DNA of 64,000 bases from Asterias rubens (lineage: Eukaryota): NCBI RefSeq assembly GCF_902459465.1, contig NC_047074.1:1984001-2048000 (forward strand). The letters run 5' to 3'. Of this stretch, positions 25,636 to 38,730 are shown piece by piece. The position numbers were made by a program, and so were the translations under genes. Position 1 is the first letter of the stretch. Each line of letters starts with the position of its first letter. The notes beneath the pieces are model-generated. The model saw nothing but the letters and a program-made list of their open reading frames with translations. It made no database searches and was not told the origin of the DNA.

Positions 25636-28600
25636 TCCAGAGTGGGCGAGTGTACTGTGCGTTGAGGACGTGTCCTGCCTTACCGTGTGCAAACTCAGTA
25701 GTGCTGCCCGATTCATGCTGTCCCGTTTGCGAATCCACAGGTAGGTGAACTTCTGATCGCAGCGGCCATCTTGTTTTACGATACCATTAATACTACTAGT
25801 AGCTTCTTATATATAGCGCATATCCGTCACTCAGTGACGCTCACGCTTTAACATACAGCATTTTCCTGAAGGGTATTGGGACGTTTGAATTATGAGACCT
25901 TCTCCTTTAACATAGCACCATGTAGTGTTTTACAAGCTGCTGTGGTGCAATATGCTGCCAATCAAACCAGGAATACTGGGGCGAACCCCTTCTCTGTTTC
26001 GATAAGTGCACTGGGTTACTTTACGTGCGTTACACAACACACGGGACCAACGGCTTTACGTACCATCCGAAGGAAACAGCCTCATGAATAAGTGTCTTGC
26101 ATGTGTCATGACTGGGACTCGAACCCACACTCTGCTGATCAGAAACATTAGAGTTTGAATTCGGTGCTCTTAGTATGCATCTGAAGCATACGAAGTAATG
26201 CAACAAGGGTGTTTTTTCTTTCATTATTAGCCATGAAACACCATCAATGTACATTTACTTTACTTTCTTTATTTGTTGCCAAAGCTACGGAGGAAGACTA
26301 CGAAGATGAAGACCTTACTGGAGGAAACAATCTCCACGGCTCAGTCGAAATATTACCTGACGAACCGTCGACTGAAGGATCGTTCCCAGAGAACACTGCC
26401 ATAGTGCACCCAGCTGAAGAGGACGATGTTAGAATATCCGAACTCGATCCCAGCCGATATGGTGAGTTTAATGCATTGTTCTCTTCCCATGCCGACCATC
26501 AATTTTCTATGGTAATTGTAATAAAACAAAAAGTCTGTGAAAGTTTGGACTCGATTGGTCATCGAAGTTGCAAGACAATGACATTCATGACAAAAAACAC
26601 CCTAAATTGTTGCATAACTTTGTGTACTTGCTCATTTAAGTGAGAAATTACCTCTTTCTCTAATACCACATTACTTCAGAGGGAGCCGCTTCGCACGATG
26701 TTTTATACTATCAACAGATATCCGTTACTCGTTACCAAGTAGGTTTTTTGGCAACAATTTTTTTGAGTAGTACCAATAATGTCCAGTGCCGCTTAATAAA
26801 CACAATAGAAGGAAAACAAGAGTGTTGATCCAAAGTTGTTTCATCTCCCCCTTTTTCTTTTTCTTTTCTGAGTCACCTTTACGAGCATTGTCGGTCAAGC
26901 TGTCTATACACAATAAACTCCCGACTGACCAAATATTTTCCAGAAAGTCAGAGGGAGCCGTTTTATTGCCCCAGGAGGCGGTCTTGGGAAATCAGAAGCA
27001 AGCAGCGAATCATAAATATTTATTTGCTCTTTGGGGGGGGGGGTTCCTCATTTTGGATTTCTAATCATCATGAAGTCATCATAGCTTACTAAGCAGAAAT
27101 GAGCAAGACGCCTGTCACAAATTGTATATTATGTGACATAATATTTTGGCTGGTAATCCTGTTATGGTAAGCGTGAATATAAGGTGCTTAAACCTGGTAT
27201 TGTGCTTAAAGCAGCTCTATGAAATTAGGTCCAGATTTCATCCACTTGTACACTAACAGAAAAACAAAAATGCAAAAGAAAAATAATATTTCACCTCAAA
27301 GGAACAGCATTCTATGAAACTGTGCCTAGGCTAGATTTTACCAACTTGAACACAATATCAGAACATTTCAACGACAAACGACAAATAATATTTCAACTTG
27401 CAGGAAGTAGCATTCCATTTGGACCTAAGCATCGTATGATTAGCGTCATACCCTACTTAAGGGTACGGCACGAGTTACCTGACTAACGCATTTTGACAGC
27501 CTGTCCCAGAGCGAGAATTTTGAGGTTTCATGGGGGGACGGATGCGCCTATCACCCGGCGCGCCTCAGCCGCAACTGACACTAAATAGAAGTGACGGGAA
27601 TAAAAACCTCAGGGAAAAATTCTTGATTTTTCAGTGTCGATTTTATGCCCCTCAAAAAACAACATCAACACCAAAGGAGTGGGCCCCGGGGATTAAACCT
27701 CAAACCCCCTCTAAGTAAACCGAGAACAAACAATGTGTCATTCGGAATGATTTAGTGTTTATACGGAAATCAGATCTCGAGTTTTATACAGATTCTTTTT
27801 AAAGAACTGTGTTATTAAGGCAGTGGAAACTATTGGTAATTGTCTAAGACTAGCCTTCACAGTTGGTGTATCTCAACATTATGCATAAAATAACAAAACC
27901 TGTGAAAATTTGAGCTCAATCGGTCGTCGAAGTTGCGAGATATTAATGAAAGAAAAAACACCCTTGTCACACGAAGTTGTGTGCATTTAGATGCTTGATT
28001 TCGAGACCTCAAATTCTAAACTTGAGGTCTCGAAATCAAATTTGTCGAAAATTACTTCTTTCTCGAAAACTACGTTATACTTCAGAGGGAGCCGTTTCTC
28101 ACAATGTTTTATACTATCAACCTCTCCCCATTACTCGTTACCAAGTAAGGTTTTAAGCTGATAATTATTTTGCGTAATTACCAATAGTGTTTTGTTTTTA
28201 AACCATAATTGGTAAAACAATTTAAAAACGGCTGGCTGTAATGTTAAAGTTTTTTTACCCTTTGTAGATCAACTTTTTAGCTATGACATGAATCCCTACT
28301 CTCTGTGGATTAATGTATCTATGTTTTGTTATAATTTATAGTTAATTTGCCTGTGGAAGTTTCAGCTATATATTATAAGTCGTCAAGTTTTTGAGACAAA
28401 AAAGTGAAAATCACACAGCAATGTTTTCAGGAGAGTTGCATAGCACTTTGTAAATCTTAAAATAATGTTCGCTCACTGAGAATTTTTTTTTTTAATTTTT
28501 TTTACTAATGTCTCATAAACTACAGCACCTTAGCCTTCCCCTTAAATTTCCAAGCATAAAAATTAGTCACTGAAATTGCCTCGACGCATATTAAAATAAC

Positions 28601-31600
28601 AATCCTTATGGTATTTCCCCCACACGTGTACAGAATTCCCAGAAGAAAACTTCTTTGAACGGGGTTGGGGTGGAGGGTGGTTTACGGTGGTGGCATGACT
28701 TTGGAATTCGTCAAAACAAAATGCTAGAATGTTAGAAATGTTATGTGTGTGTTTTGTTCATCTGACTGAAATTCGCGTGCACCCTTCGGGCATATGTTAA
28801 TGTTTAACTTTATTATGATCCGATCACGCATTCTCAAATGTGCATCCCTGTGGAGACATCTTTTGTTCTTTCAATTGTCCTTGTCCTTAAAGCCATTGGA
28901 CCCTTTCACAGATTTACACATAATTTACAGGGTTTACAGAAGGTAATGGTGAAAGACTTCTCTTGAAATATTAGTCCATGAAATGCTTTACTTCTTGAGA
29001 AAACGGTAAAACAATATAAATTCTCGTTAGCGAGAATTACGGATTTATTTTAAACACATGTCATGACACGGCGAAACGCGCGGAAACAAGAGTGGGTTTT
29101 CCCATTATTTTCTCCCGACTCCGATGACCGATTGAGCCTAAATTTTCGCAGGTTTGTTGTTTTATAATATAAGTTGTGATACACGAAGTGTTGGACTTCG
29201 ACAATACTGTTAACCGAAAGTGTATAATGGCTTTAAAATAGACTTTGTACATAACAGTCCTTGTGGAGCACCCCGATCTTTAGAATTTCCCTGTGGAGTC
29301 CTTTTGTTTTCCCTTTTTGTTTTGACCTTGGTCTCCAGCAGAAAATACCAAATGAGAGTACAGTCTGAGATTGGGCGAATTGAAGTGTTATGTGGCGTGT
29401 GTCATGGCCGAGCGGTCTAAGTTCACCGGACCCAAAGCTACGGTACTGTCAGCAGAAGAGTATGGGTTCGAGTCCCGGTCGTGATGCATGTGTCCTTGAG
29501 AAAGACAACTAACCATAATTGCTTCGTAAAAAGTAGACATCTTCAATGAACATATGAGTCAAAGTTTTCACAGGTTTGTTATTTTATGCATATGTTGGGA
29601 TACACCAAATGAGAAGACTGGTCTTTGTCAATTACAAAAGGTGTCCAGTGCCTTTAATGGGTAAGCATGAATGCACTAACTAATAGGCTTAATACTGAAA
29701 AGTACTTTCCGGTTTCCGTGAACCCATTGCAAACTTTTAGACGACCCCCTGAAGTTAAACTGAGATTCAGTGATTACACCAGACGAAGGAGAAATACTAA
29801 ACATGCCAAACCATCTTGCGGTCCACGACGTGCCAAACTCCATTTCATCAAAAGAAATAAAAGTCATTAAAGATGTTATGACAAGTGTAATCGACTTCTC
29901 GTCTCAACAAAGAATATCCGTTTCTCTGATGTTTTGACAAACGCCTCCTGCTCAGGGCCAGTTTGAATTATATCGAGCCTCGAGTGTTGGTTTTTATGGG
30001 GGGACGACGTGGTGGTTACGGGGTGGTTAACCAATGTTTAACTGATGGTATGCTATATTCACACTTAGCTATGTGTCACCGTTGATCACGGTCATGCCCT
30101 GTCGCTATAGGCGATAATCAGGTGGAATTACTCACAGATAACTATGGGAAATTGAAGATTTCATTTTGATCTTGTTTGATTATTGGTTTGAAAAGTTTGT
30201 TAACAAGATAGATTTAAATTGACGCCAATGTCATGGTTAGAAGTGCATGGAAGCGGTTCTCGAATATAACTACGGTGGCCATTTTAAATACGTCATCATC
30301 AAGAAAGCTTCATTAATGACGCGTAATGTCTCGTACTAGCCCACCTTGTTGAGCTGTTAATGGCTCCGCTTTTAACATCGGTCTCATCACTGTCACCATT
30401 ACAGTCCACCTTCGATACATGTCTTAAACGCTAAGTTTCCAACGGTCGCAAAATGCGTGGTAGTTTGATTGCAATTTTCTCCCAATTAAAAAAGTCCTAT
30501 ACTACTCCAACATACCTCATTTTATTCCTTACATTTGTGGAATTACTATGACACATAACAGGGCTTACTAAATGATGACTTTGTCCAGTTGTGATGATTT
30601 GAAAATTGGTCCAAAAAATCGTGTACAAAAATTACATTTAACGTGACATGTTCTCTACGAAATTTCGAGACCTCGAAATCAAATTCTGATGTTTCGAAAT
30701 CAAATTCAAACATTTTTGTGAAAAATTGCTCCTTTCTCAAAACCACGTCACTTCCTTCCGAGGGAGCCGTTTATCACAATGTTTTATACTATCAACAACA
30801 CTCCATCCATAATTACCAATTAGTAGTGTCAATCGCTTTAGGCTCGTTTCTATATATGAAGATTGTTTTTGTGGAATTTTATTAGTTTCCAGCAGACAAC
30901 AAAAATAATATGGGGAGACCCGCGCGTAATATTACTCATCCTGTGACGTCACACCAGTCAGTAGACGGTGCCACTAATTAATTGTCCAAATCACTTCCCG
31001 CGTTTATTGTAAAACCACCATCGAGAATTAATCCGGCTGGATCCTTACCGATTATTGGCTGAGTCACGACAGGTAATGACCAGGTAACTTTTATTTGGAC
31101 CCAGCCCAAAGATCTAGCTGGGCTCACTTTCATGGCTCTGCTTACCGTAAGCAAAGAATCGACGCTTACGGAAGCAGGAAATTATGCACTTTCCGTAAAG
31201 CGTATTTCACATACATGCAGGGAATGTTGGCTAGTACATACATGGCCCAGTTTCATAGAGCTGCTAAGCACAACAATTTGCTAAGCATGGAATTTTGGCC
31301 TTCATAAAAAACAGGATTTCTAACAAAACTTCCACGTGATTTTCAGGATAAGCAAACAACAGTTGAATATCAGTACAGGCAATCATTTTTTACGCATCAA
31401 ATGGAAATTTTGTTGGGTATCATGTTTTTGTCAAGGAAGACATTTCATGCTAAGCGAATTTTTGTGCTTAGCAGCTCTATTTACGTTAGTATTCTTCGCT
31501 TTGATACACACATCTAGCAAAGAAATTCGGGGCTATAGCCCTGCAAGCGTAGAATTGTGATCGTAAGCGCAGAATTCGGCCCAAACGTTAAGCAGGTGCG

Positions 31601-34600
31601 AGTTTTGTTGTTATTTGTTAGGCAATTATTTTATGTACAGTGAACATCTGTGTAAACGGTTTTGCTTTATCATGTGGTTTTGGTCCATTCGTAAAACAGC
31701 GAGCTGTTAAACAGAAGTTTGTATACTTATATAATTATTTGATATGCAGTGAACATCTGCATAAACTGTTTTTGCTTTATCATGCGGGCTTGGTCCACTC
31801 CTAAAACAAAAGTGGGTGGAAGGGCGACACTTGGTCCCGGTGAGGATCTGCCAGGAGCCCCCGGTGCTATACCAGGCTGAGCCTGGTTGTCAACGCGGAC
31901 CATGTGAGGCCCTGGCAGTGCCGTCTGCACGGAGCCGAGCATGTGTTCCCGGTGATCTCGTTGGAGCCAGGCTGAGTGGGGGCAGGGTTTACGAGTCGGC
32001 ATTGTGAAAAGAGTTTTCCCCTCCCTGTGGTATCGCTCTTTAACTGTCCTGGGCCCAATTTGATAAAACTGTTAAGCAGAAAATACTGCTTAGCAAACTT
32101 CTTTCATAAGGAATATTTTGTGTGGCACCAGTTGCCGCAATGTAAACTTTGTTGATTTATGGCTGGTAAACCAGTTTCTCTAATCACAATTTGTCTGTGC
32201 TTAGCAAGTATTTGTGCTTACAGCATTTATGCAGCCCAATTTCATTGAGTTAAGCAGAGAATAATACTTAACAATGTTATACTAAGCAAAAAAATTAAGC
32301 AGGGCACAGTCCATGGTACAGTCCCATACTTATACTTCCTTGTGACGTGGTATTATAGCCGGTAATAAACCTTCCTATTCTTCTAAGCATAATCATTTTG
32401 TGCTTAGCTACTTTTTGTAACATAAATTATAACGACTTGTCAACAAGTCTATCACCAGTCCCTCGCCAGCATTAGGGCAAAATCATACTATCCAGGGATC
32501 GTAGAGACAGGATTAACAAGGTGTTCTTTAAACACCACGCCCATTTTATGCCAGGTATCTTTGATAGCCCAAGACACATGCACGGCGCCGGACTACCATT
32601 ACCTCGGCTCTCGGTTTGGTCGCAATGTATTTGCGTGAACACGAAAATGCAAAGTTCAAAAAAGGTTGTTAAGATTTTGTCATGAAGTCAATAGCCAAAA
32701 CCAAACTTAGTTTTCCATCTTGAGAAAAACTACGATATCCGAGAGAGCCCACAAGATTTATATGAACATCACTTTTAAGTCTTAGCAACTGCCATTATTA
32801 ATTGGTATCGGCTTATGCCATTTCCTAATTAAAATAATGTCCTAATTAATAATTAAGGTGAGGTCCCACCCACGTTTTAAAATACACCTTAATTGTACCT
32901 GTGCAAAGTCTTCTTTTCTAAGTTTAAAGGCGCTGGACACTTTGGTAATTACTCAAAATAATATATTAAAAGGGTTTGCATACACCTTCATTCACAGTGA
33001 GTAGGCATTCATACCTTGGTCAAAAAACATGATTTTACAAAAAAGGTATCACAACCCTTTATAACAACAACTTATTTGGTAAACGATCAACGGAGAGCTG
33101 TTGATTGTAGAAAACATTGTGCGAAACGACTCCCTTTCGAAGTAACGTAGTTTTGAGAAAGAAGTCAATTCTCACTAAAATATTTGAATCTGAGAAAGAC
33201 TCTGCAATAATTATGCAGTATGGAAAGATGCTTTTGAAATGGCTCATTGTTCGACACATGATTCTTAGCAAAGCAAGAGTGTATGGGGGTGCGAAGAAGC
33301 AGATAGCCTGGTTCCAAACTCAAACATCAAGAAACGAGGAACTAGGTCGGACACACTGGTGGTAGCACAATTTTTCCATGAAAACTTTAACTGCATTCGG
33401 TTCTGAAAAATCAATAAACAAAAAACAATTCTGTGCGTTGTGGTGTCACAAAGAGTTCAAGATCAGATGTAATAAGAGTCCATCATATTCTAAGGAACCA
33501 CGATGCCGGATCCATGACAGTTCATAATCAAAACTCAAACAACATTCCTCGAATTTCTAGAAAAATATGACTCAAGGCGGAACGCATAATGGTCCATTTA
33601 TAACATAATATTAGGCGCCGAAATGAAATTCTTGAAATAGTTATGTTACACAATGACAAGAATCCATTGTACGCTCGTCCTGGGATCGTGAATGCATAAA
33701 CAAAAGAGTTGTTTAAGAGGGTTGTATGAGTGGGGTCGGGGGTCAAGTGGTGCGGTCTAGAAGAAATACTGCCTTATTTATTGTAATGCAAATATTGGCG
33801 AAGAATTTATGTTCAGAGTGTGTGGTGGGACTGTAGTGTTCATCCTTGCAGAGTGTATAGGGTTAACGACCTAGGCCTATGCGGCACCTTTTTTTAAGGG
33901 GGGGGGAGCACGTTTGTCAAATTTGCGAGTTGGTGGTACGTTGGTAACCGAGAGGGGATTTAGAATCATGCATTGGGAAGATTATCTCATTCCTTCCTCC
34001 CGATTCGTTGAAAGTTGTTAGTTGGTACCCTGCTTTATTATACGAAAATTTGTCTTTGAATAGCCGGTCTATAATAATATTATTTATAAGGAAGCTGATT
34101 GATGTTTTCTGCGTGATCATTTGTGTTGCTTTATAATAATTATAATCTATTGATCTATTTTTGTTGACCAACAGTTTGCGAGTCCAACGGCAAAACATAC
34201 TTCGAAGACCAGAGCTGGCATCCGGTACTGGTACCTTTCGGCAGAATGGAATGCATCCTGTGCACTTGCAAGGTAAGATAGGATAGATGAGACAGGGTAC
34301 AAGATTGTTGCCCTGCCTTCTATATAGTGGTCTTTTTCGAAACCACGGCTTCTGCTCCAAATTCCGCTCCGGTTAGCTTGGCCCTGCGGTTGTTTTGACA
34401 ATATTGCACGTTTTTTGCGTATACGTGCTCAGGGCTTCAGACAAGAGGACGGAGCCTGAAGCCGAATCTGAAGCCGAAGCCGTGGTTTCGAAGAGGGTCT
34501 TTATTTGCTTGCCTTTTTCAAATCCAATCGTCATAAAGTTTATACAAAACGGTAAAACTACAAACTGTGGGTGTTTTTATTTATTTAATTATTTACTTAA

Positions 34601-37300
34601 GTAATTTATTATCATGTTGGGGAGCTGTTAGGAGTTTTTTTATTATTAATTTTCATATTTGTTTTAAATACGTAGGATAAATAAGAATAATGTCTGACTC
34701 CAACCCTGAATGTCTTCTTTTTTCTTAACAGAGAGGAGAGGCTGTATGTGGTAGGATGAGATGCCCAAGTGAGAACAGCTTGCCATGTGCGAATCCCATA
34801 CAGCACAGGGGATCCTGCTGTAAAGTATGCCCAGGTGAGGAACATTTCACGGTTAATTTTAAAAACTCGATGTGAGTATACGGATGGGTAGTAGTTTTAA
34901 CTGTTCATGGATTTCCCCCCCCCCCCCCCCCCGTCGCGGCATAGTGACATATGAAAACACAGCTATAAATCATGTTATTGTTTTCATTTTCAAAAAACAT
35001 TTTTGCCAGTTTATTGATTTGCTCTGGTAAAAACAGAACTTTTACACTGATCGAAACATGGTGCTTGTCTATGTTGAAAGCCCAATCAAATATGCTTATA
35101 CATTTAGAAAAATTAAAATGTGACCAAACGTCGTTTGCAAAAATACAAAGTTTTTGGAAAATAGTTTAGGTCGGAAAATAGACTCTAAAGTGTAGATTCA
35201 TGGATAGAACGTTCCAGCATTATACACGAATCTACACTTTCTCGTCCATTCTCCATAACAAAAAATAATCTATTGGCAGATATACCGACACAATCGACGG
35301 GGTCTTCCGACGACGGGCCGTCCGAGGACATCGAGGGTATCGATGAGGCTGCCCTCTGCCTCCGTAAGACGGAGAAAATACTCCTGCATGAGTTCGTGCC
35401 GTACTTGGTGGAGTCGCCGGACACCTTGCAGACGTTTCGATTCGTAGTTGAAGACCTGGACGCTGGGGTCTTTGAACATCATTTGTGGGAATTCAGAGAT
35501 GGTAAATAATGAACTGGTATATTAATTAATTAATTAATTAATTAGTGATTGATAAACAGATTTGAGCCTCATTTGTGGGAAATCAGAGATGGTAAATAAT
35601 GAATTATTCTCATTAACTAAATTAATAAGTGATTAATTAACAGATTTGAGTATCATTTGTGGGAATTCAGAGATGGTACATGAACTTATTTTTATAAACA
35701 AAATGAATTAGTGATATTAGTCATTTGTGGGATTTAGTCATTTGTGGGAAGGGAGAGAGTGAAGTAGTGAACTATTCTAAAAACTAAATTAATTCAGAGA
35801 TTGTAAATGAACTATAAACACATTTTTTTAAAGATGGTAAAAATCAATTACTCTTATAAATAAGTAAAATGAATAAGTGATTAATGGAAGATTTTAACCC
35901 CCCAAAAATAAAAATGAACTTGTAACTTTAAACTTTAATAAAGCAACTAAAATAAAAAGACTAACAAATAAGTGCAGTTTCGTTTTTTGTAAGAAAAAAA
36001 AAAAAAAAAAAATGAGACGCGTCTAACATCAAGAAATAAAAAGGGTTCACAACTTGAATACTATGTGCATTTTGTTTCTAAATTATTGTTAATTAGGAAA
36101 TACAGTCGAAATCTTGTTGAACTTTCATATTTGGTATGGAACTAAAGATGTTTTCAGAAAAAGTTCACATTTTTTTATGTTAATTTATGCAGGACTGATT
36201 TCGGATTTTCAAATTGAGCCAATGACAGACGAGGACTTCCAAAACAAACAGGAAACCAATAGAACGGGCTGGTTCCAACTTGCAGGCGCTTCAACACACC
36301 GTAAGTAATATTACACAATATAGGTTTTCTCGGTCAATTTCGGAAAAAGAGCAGCCAATTTAACCACCAAGCTATTTTTTTTCGCGCAAAATCGAATGCT
36401 ACTCAAAAGAGTCATTCGATTTCGTTTTGGGATTAGTCAAATGTAATGTTGCGTCATTCGAATAAACAAAATAATCATTCAATTTAACAATTCATCAGAG
36501 CAGCATTCAAATTCGCAGACGCTTCTTGAGGCGTGTGTGTCACGAAAATGAATGACGCTACGCTAAATTGAACAGAGTGCTAAAAGAGTTTGACTCGACC
36601 AAAAACGAAATTGAATGGCCGAATTCTGAATTTGAAACGCAGTATAACAACTGGAGATGCAAAACAGCTTTGATTTGAACGCATGACCATGAAATTGACT
36701 GCTCATTTGCCGAATTTGACCGAGAAAACCTATAGTAATTACTTTAGAATGTTTTTGTTTTAATTCATGCCTTATTGTCGTCTTGATTGTTGTTAATTGT
36801 TTATTTTTATCATTATGTCCTGTCGCTGACAAAGTTGCACAGATAACAGAATGCTGCTGGGAATTTTCAAGCTGCCTCCATTCGGCCAGAGCTGAATCGG
36901 TCGCATATTAAATGTCACATTCATTTTAAATGTGTACAGCTTATTTAATTTGATCATGCATCTGTATGGTATGGCCTACTTTGTATTTTGGGCGTTTTTT
37001 GTACGTTTTGATGTTTGCCTATTGTTGATTGTTTGTATTTTTATGTAACTTTAGTATTTTCAGTGTTGCCTTCAACAATTTCTTCTTTTTACATTTTGAA
37101 TGTCCACAGATCGCCTGCAGAAACTCAAAAGAAAAGAGCGCAAACTGGAGAAAAACTGCATCTCAAACTGTCAACGACAGGTCGTTCGACTAACGCGAAT
37201 GCTCAGACCAAGGGCAATTGAAAGAGGAATTGAATGCACCCAGGCACCCGACACAACACCCAGGCAAAGGGGGACACTTGTAGTCCCAACTAGTGGGTGA
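18144..37300 (+). CDS. CHRDL: Chordin-like protein (three VWC/CR domains plus CHRDL-type C-terminal region), about 487 aa
   Basis: Exons: 18144-18149 (tentative ATGCAC|gt), 19157-19265 (signal peptide [22 protein letters not shown]), 24287-24490, 24888-25033, 25641-25740, 26285-26461, 34175-34272, 34732-34834, 35280-35501, 36193-36300, 37110-37300. All junctions are GT-AG and phase-consistent. VWC motifs: [35 protein letters not shown] and [24 protein letters not shown]. Confidence 0.88.
18424..18548 (-). mobile_element. Penelope-like terminal repeat fragment with hammerhead-like motif
   Basis: Reverse complement GTCTGCTAGGGTCGAAACGTTAGGCAATTAACTATTTTGC is shared with 37417-37495 and 39468-39507. 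Flanked by the inverted repeat gcaaaatagttaat / attaactatttttgc. Confidence 0.5.
19420..19702. mobile_element. Kolobok-like MITE
   Basis: Family consensus, ending in gtgtccagtgcct|ttaa. Confidence 0.75.
20894..21198. mobile_element. Kolobok-like MITE
   Basis: agccactggacac ... tgtccagtgcct|ttaa. Confidence 0.75.
21788..23140 (+). pseudogene. Tentative degenerate Toll-like receptor remnant (TIR-like segment about 22640-23140) inside chordin-like intron 2
   Basis: Frameshifted plus-strand fragments follow TLR order: [13 protein letters not shown] (signal-like), [20 protein letters not shown] (LRR-like), [33 protein letters not shown] (juxtamembrane, TIR box 1-like), [63 protein letters not shown]. 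Pattern recognition only. Confidence 0.35.
25790..26155 (-). mobile_element. Near full-length tRNA-derived SINE with conserved central domain (MetaSINE-like)
   Basis: Minus strand: box B GGTTCGAGTCC, central aacccagtgcacttatcgaaacagagaaggggttcgcccc, tail gcgctatataag. The same central domain occurs at 8188-8260, and a head copy with box A TGGCCGAGCGG lies at 29393-29530. Confidence 0.7.
27818..28190. mobile_element. Kolobok-like MITE
   Basis: Family consensus over about 370 bp. Confidence 0.8.
28891..29232. mobile_element. Kolobok-like MITE (AGCCATTGGAC subfamily) nested in another repeat
   Basis: TTAA duplication at 28887-28890 and 29233-29236. The flanks match the uninterrupted repeat at about 4470-4650. 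Confidence 0.75.
35476..35760 (+). repeat. Degenerate tandem repeat derived from an exon end and its splice donor
   Basis: TCATTTGTGGGAA(T/A)TCAGAGATGGTA recurs at about 35479, 35570 and 35653, with truncated copies at 35721 and 35738. Confidence 0.8.
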
Positions 37301-38730
37301 ATTGGGCATCTTGACTCAACTGGTACAAACTTTTAAGACGCAGTTGACAGCAGACTTACCCAGGTAGATCCAGGTAATACGGAGCGCATGTTCTGAAGTT
37401 TTTAGCCTTCGAGATAGACTCTGCTAGGGTCGAAACGTCAGGCCATTAACAATGTTGCGCATTTTGGTTGGTAAGTTGTTTGCAACAGCTAATTCTCTCT
37501 CGTATTCAGAACTCTTATTTACAATTGCAATTTACCTGGTGAGTCTGCTGCCACCTAGCGTTCTTAAGACTCACATTCATTAACAATGTAAAACAATGAA
37601 GCTTCTTTGTGTAGTTCTTGTACCCGCCCGCCTTTTGCCTATTGTCATGGCCAGTCATTTAAATTACCTAACACTATGATAGAAAATTAAAAACACAGTT
37701 TATCCCCAAACGCCCTTCCTGAACTGTGGCCTGGACAAGCTGTTTTTCACAATTAATTCTTAAAGGCCCTGGACACCTTTGGTAAAATGTCAAAGACCAG
37801 TATTCTCTCTTGGTATATCCCAACACAATGCATAATATGAGGTGTAGCTGCGTTAGAAAAGGTAATTGGATGCAAATTTGATGCATATTTGATGACAGAC
37901 TTATAGTACATGTAACATGTGACGTCACACGTTTACAGAAGCGCCACATAGCCCGAACTTCCTGCAGATAAAAGTTGTACACGGCCCATCCAGTGGGAGA
38001 AAAAAATCATGCATTTTACCAACTTTATAGAAGGGAAGTAAGGAGTGTACATTTCAAAACTTGTCCAGCTTGTTTTTCTAACTGTCGAATTAATGTAAAG
38101 TTATTACACAAAATTAACAAGTTTTCATGCAACCAGTGTAGTATCTTGCCTGCCAGGCAAAGCCCTGGAATGTACGAGGTCAGTCACTCTTTTTGTAAAC
38201 AAAAGTTACATGATCCGATAAACAAAAAAGAACAAGGGTGCATTAGTCAAGTCTGCTGCCACCTATCGTTTCAAAAAAGTCATGCACCATACAGAACCCT
38301 AATCTTCCTAATAACGAACGTACTTTGTAAATAGTGAAACTTTCTAGCAAATTGATATGTGTGCATTTCCTAAGTATTATATTTAAAAAACTGGTTGCGG
38401 TATGGGCAACAGAATTTGCGAAGAAAAAAATAACTTTATTTGGCAGTTATCAACTGCGAACATCTTGTACATTAAAATGTTTATTTGTTTTAAAATAAAA
38501 TATGAAACTAACGTTTCAATTAATAATATATGATGATAATATTATATGTATAATACCTTTATGAATATTCATAAGATGTAGAAATGAGATGAATATCATT
38601 CATTTTTAACGAATACATGCATGTTATTTTATATAAACTTATTGTTTACAAGTAGCTGGCATTATTCGGCCAACAGGGTACTGTAGATGGGACAAATGTT
38701 TTTTTCTGTTATCCTTTACCAATCCTGTAA

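Noticed and set aside
27404-27462. Candidate extra chordin-like exon ([20 protein letters not shown])
   Set aside because: It ends in phase 0 while the next VWC exon needs phase 1. Exon 26285-26461 joins 34175 directly in frame.
29393-29480. Possible tRNA gene (box A TGGCCGAGCGG, box B GGTTCGAGTCC)
   Set aside because: There is no proper cloverleaf or terminator, and it continues into SINE body sequence shared with 25790-26155. The same applies to the copies at 5308, 9500, 41703 and 44700.
35476-35760. Direct repeats with AT-rich spacers resembling a CRISPR array
   Set aside because: The spacers are themselves homologous, the unit derives from an exon end, the context is eukaryotic and there are no cas genes.
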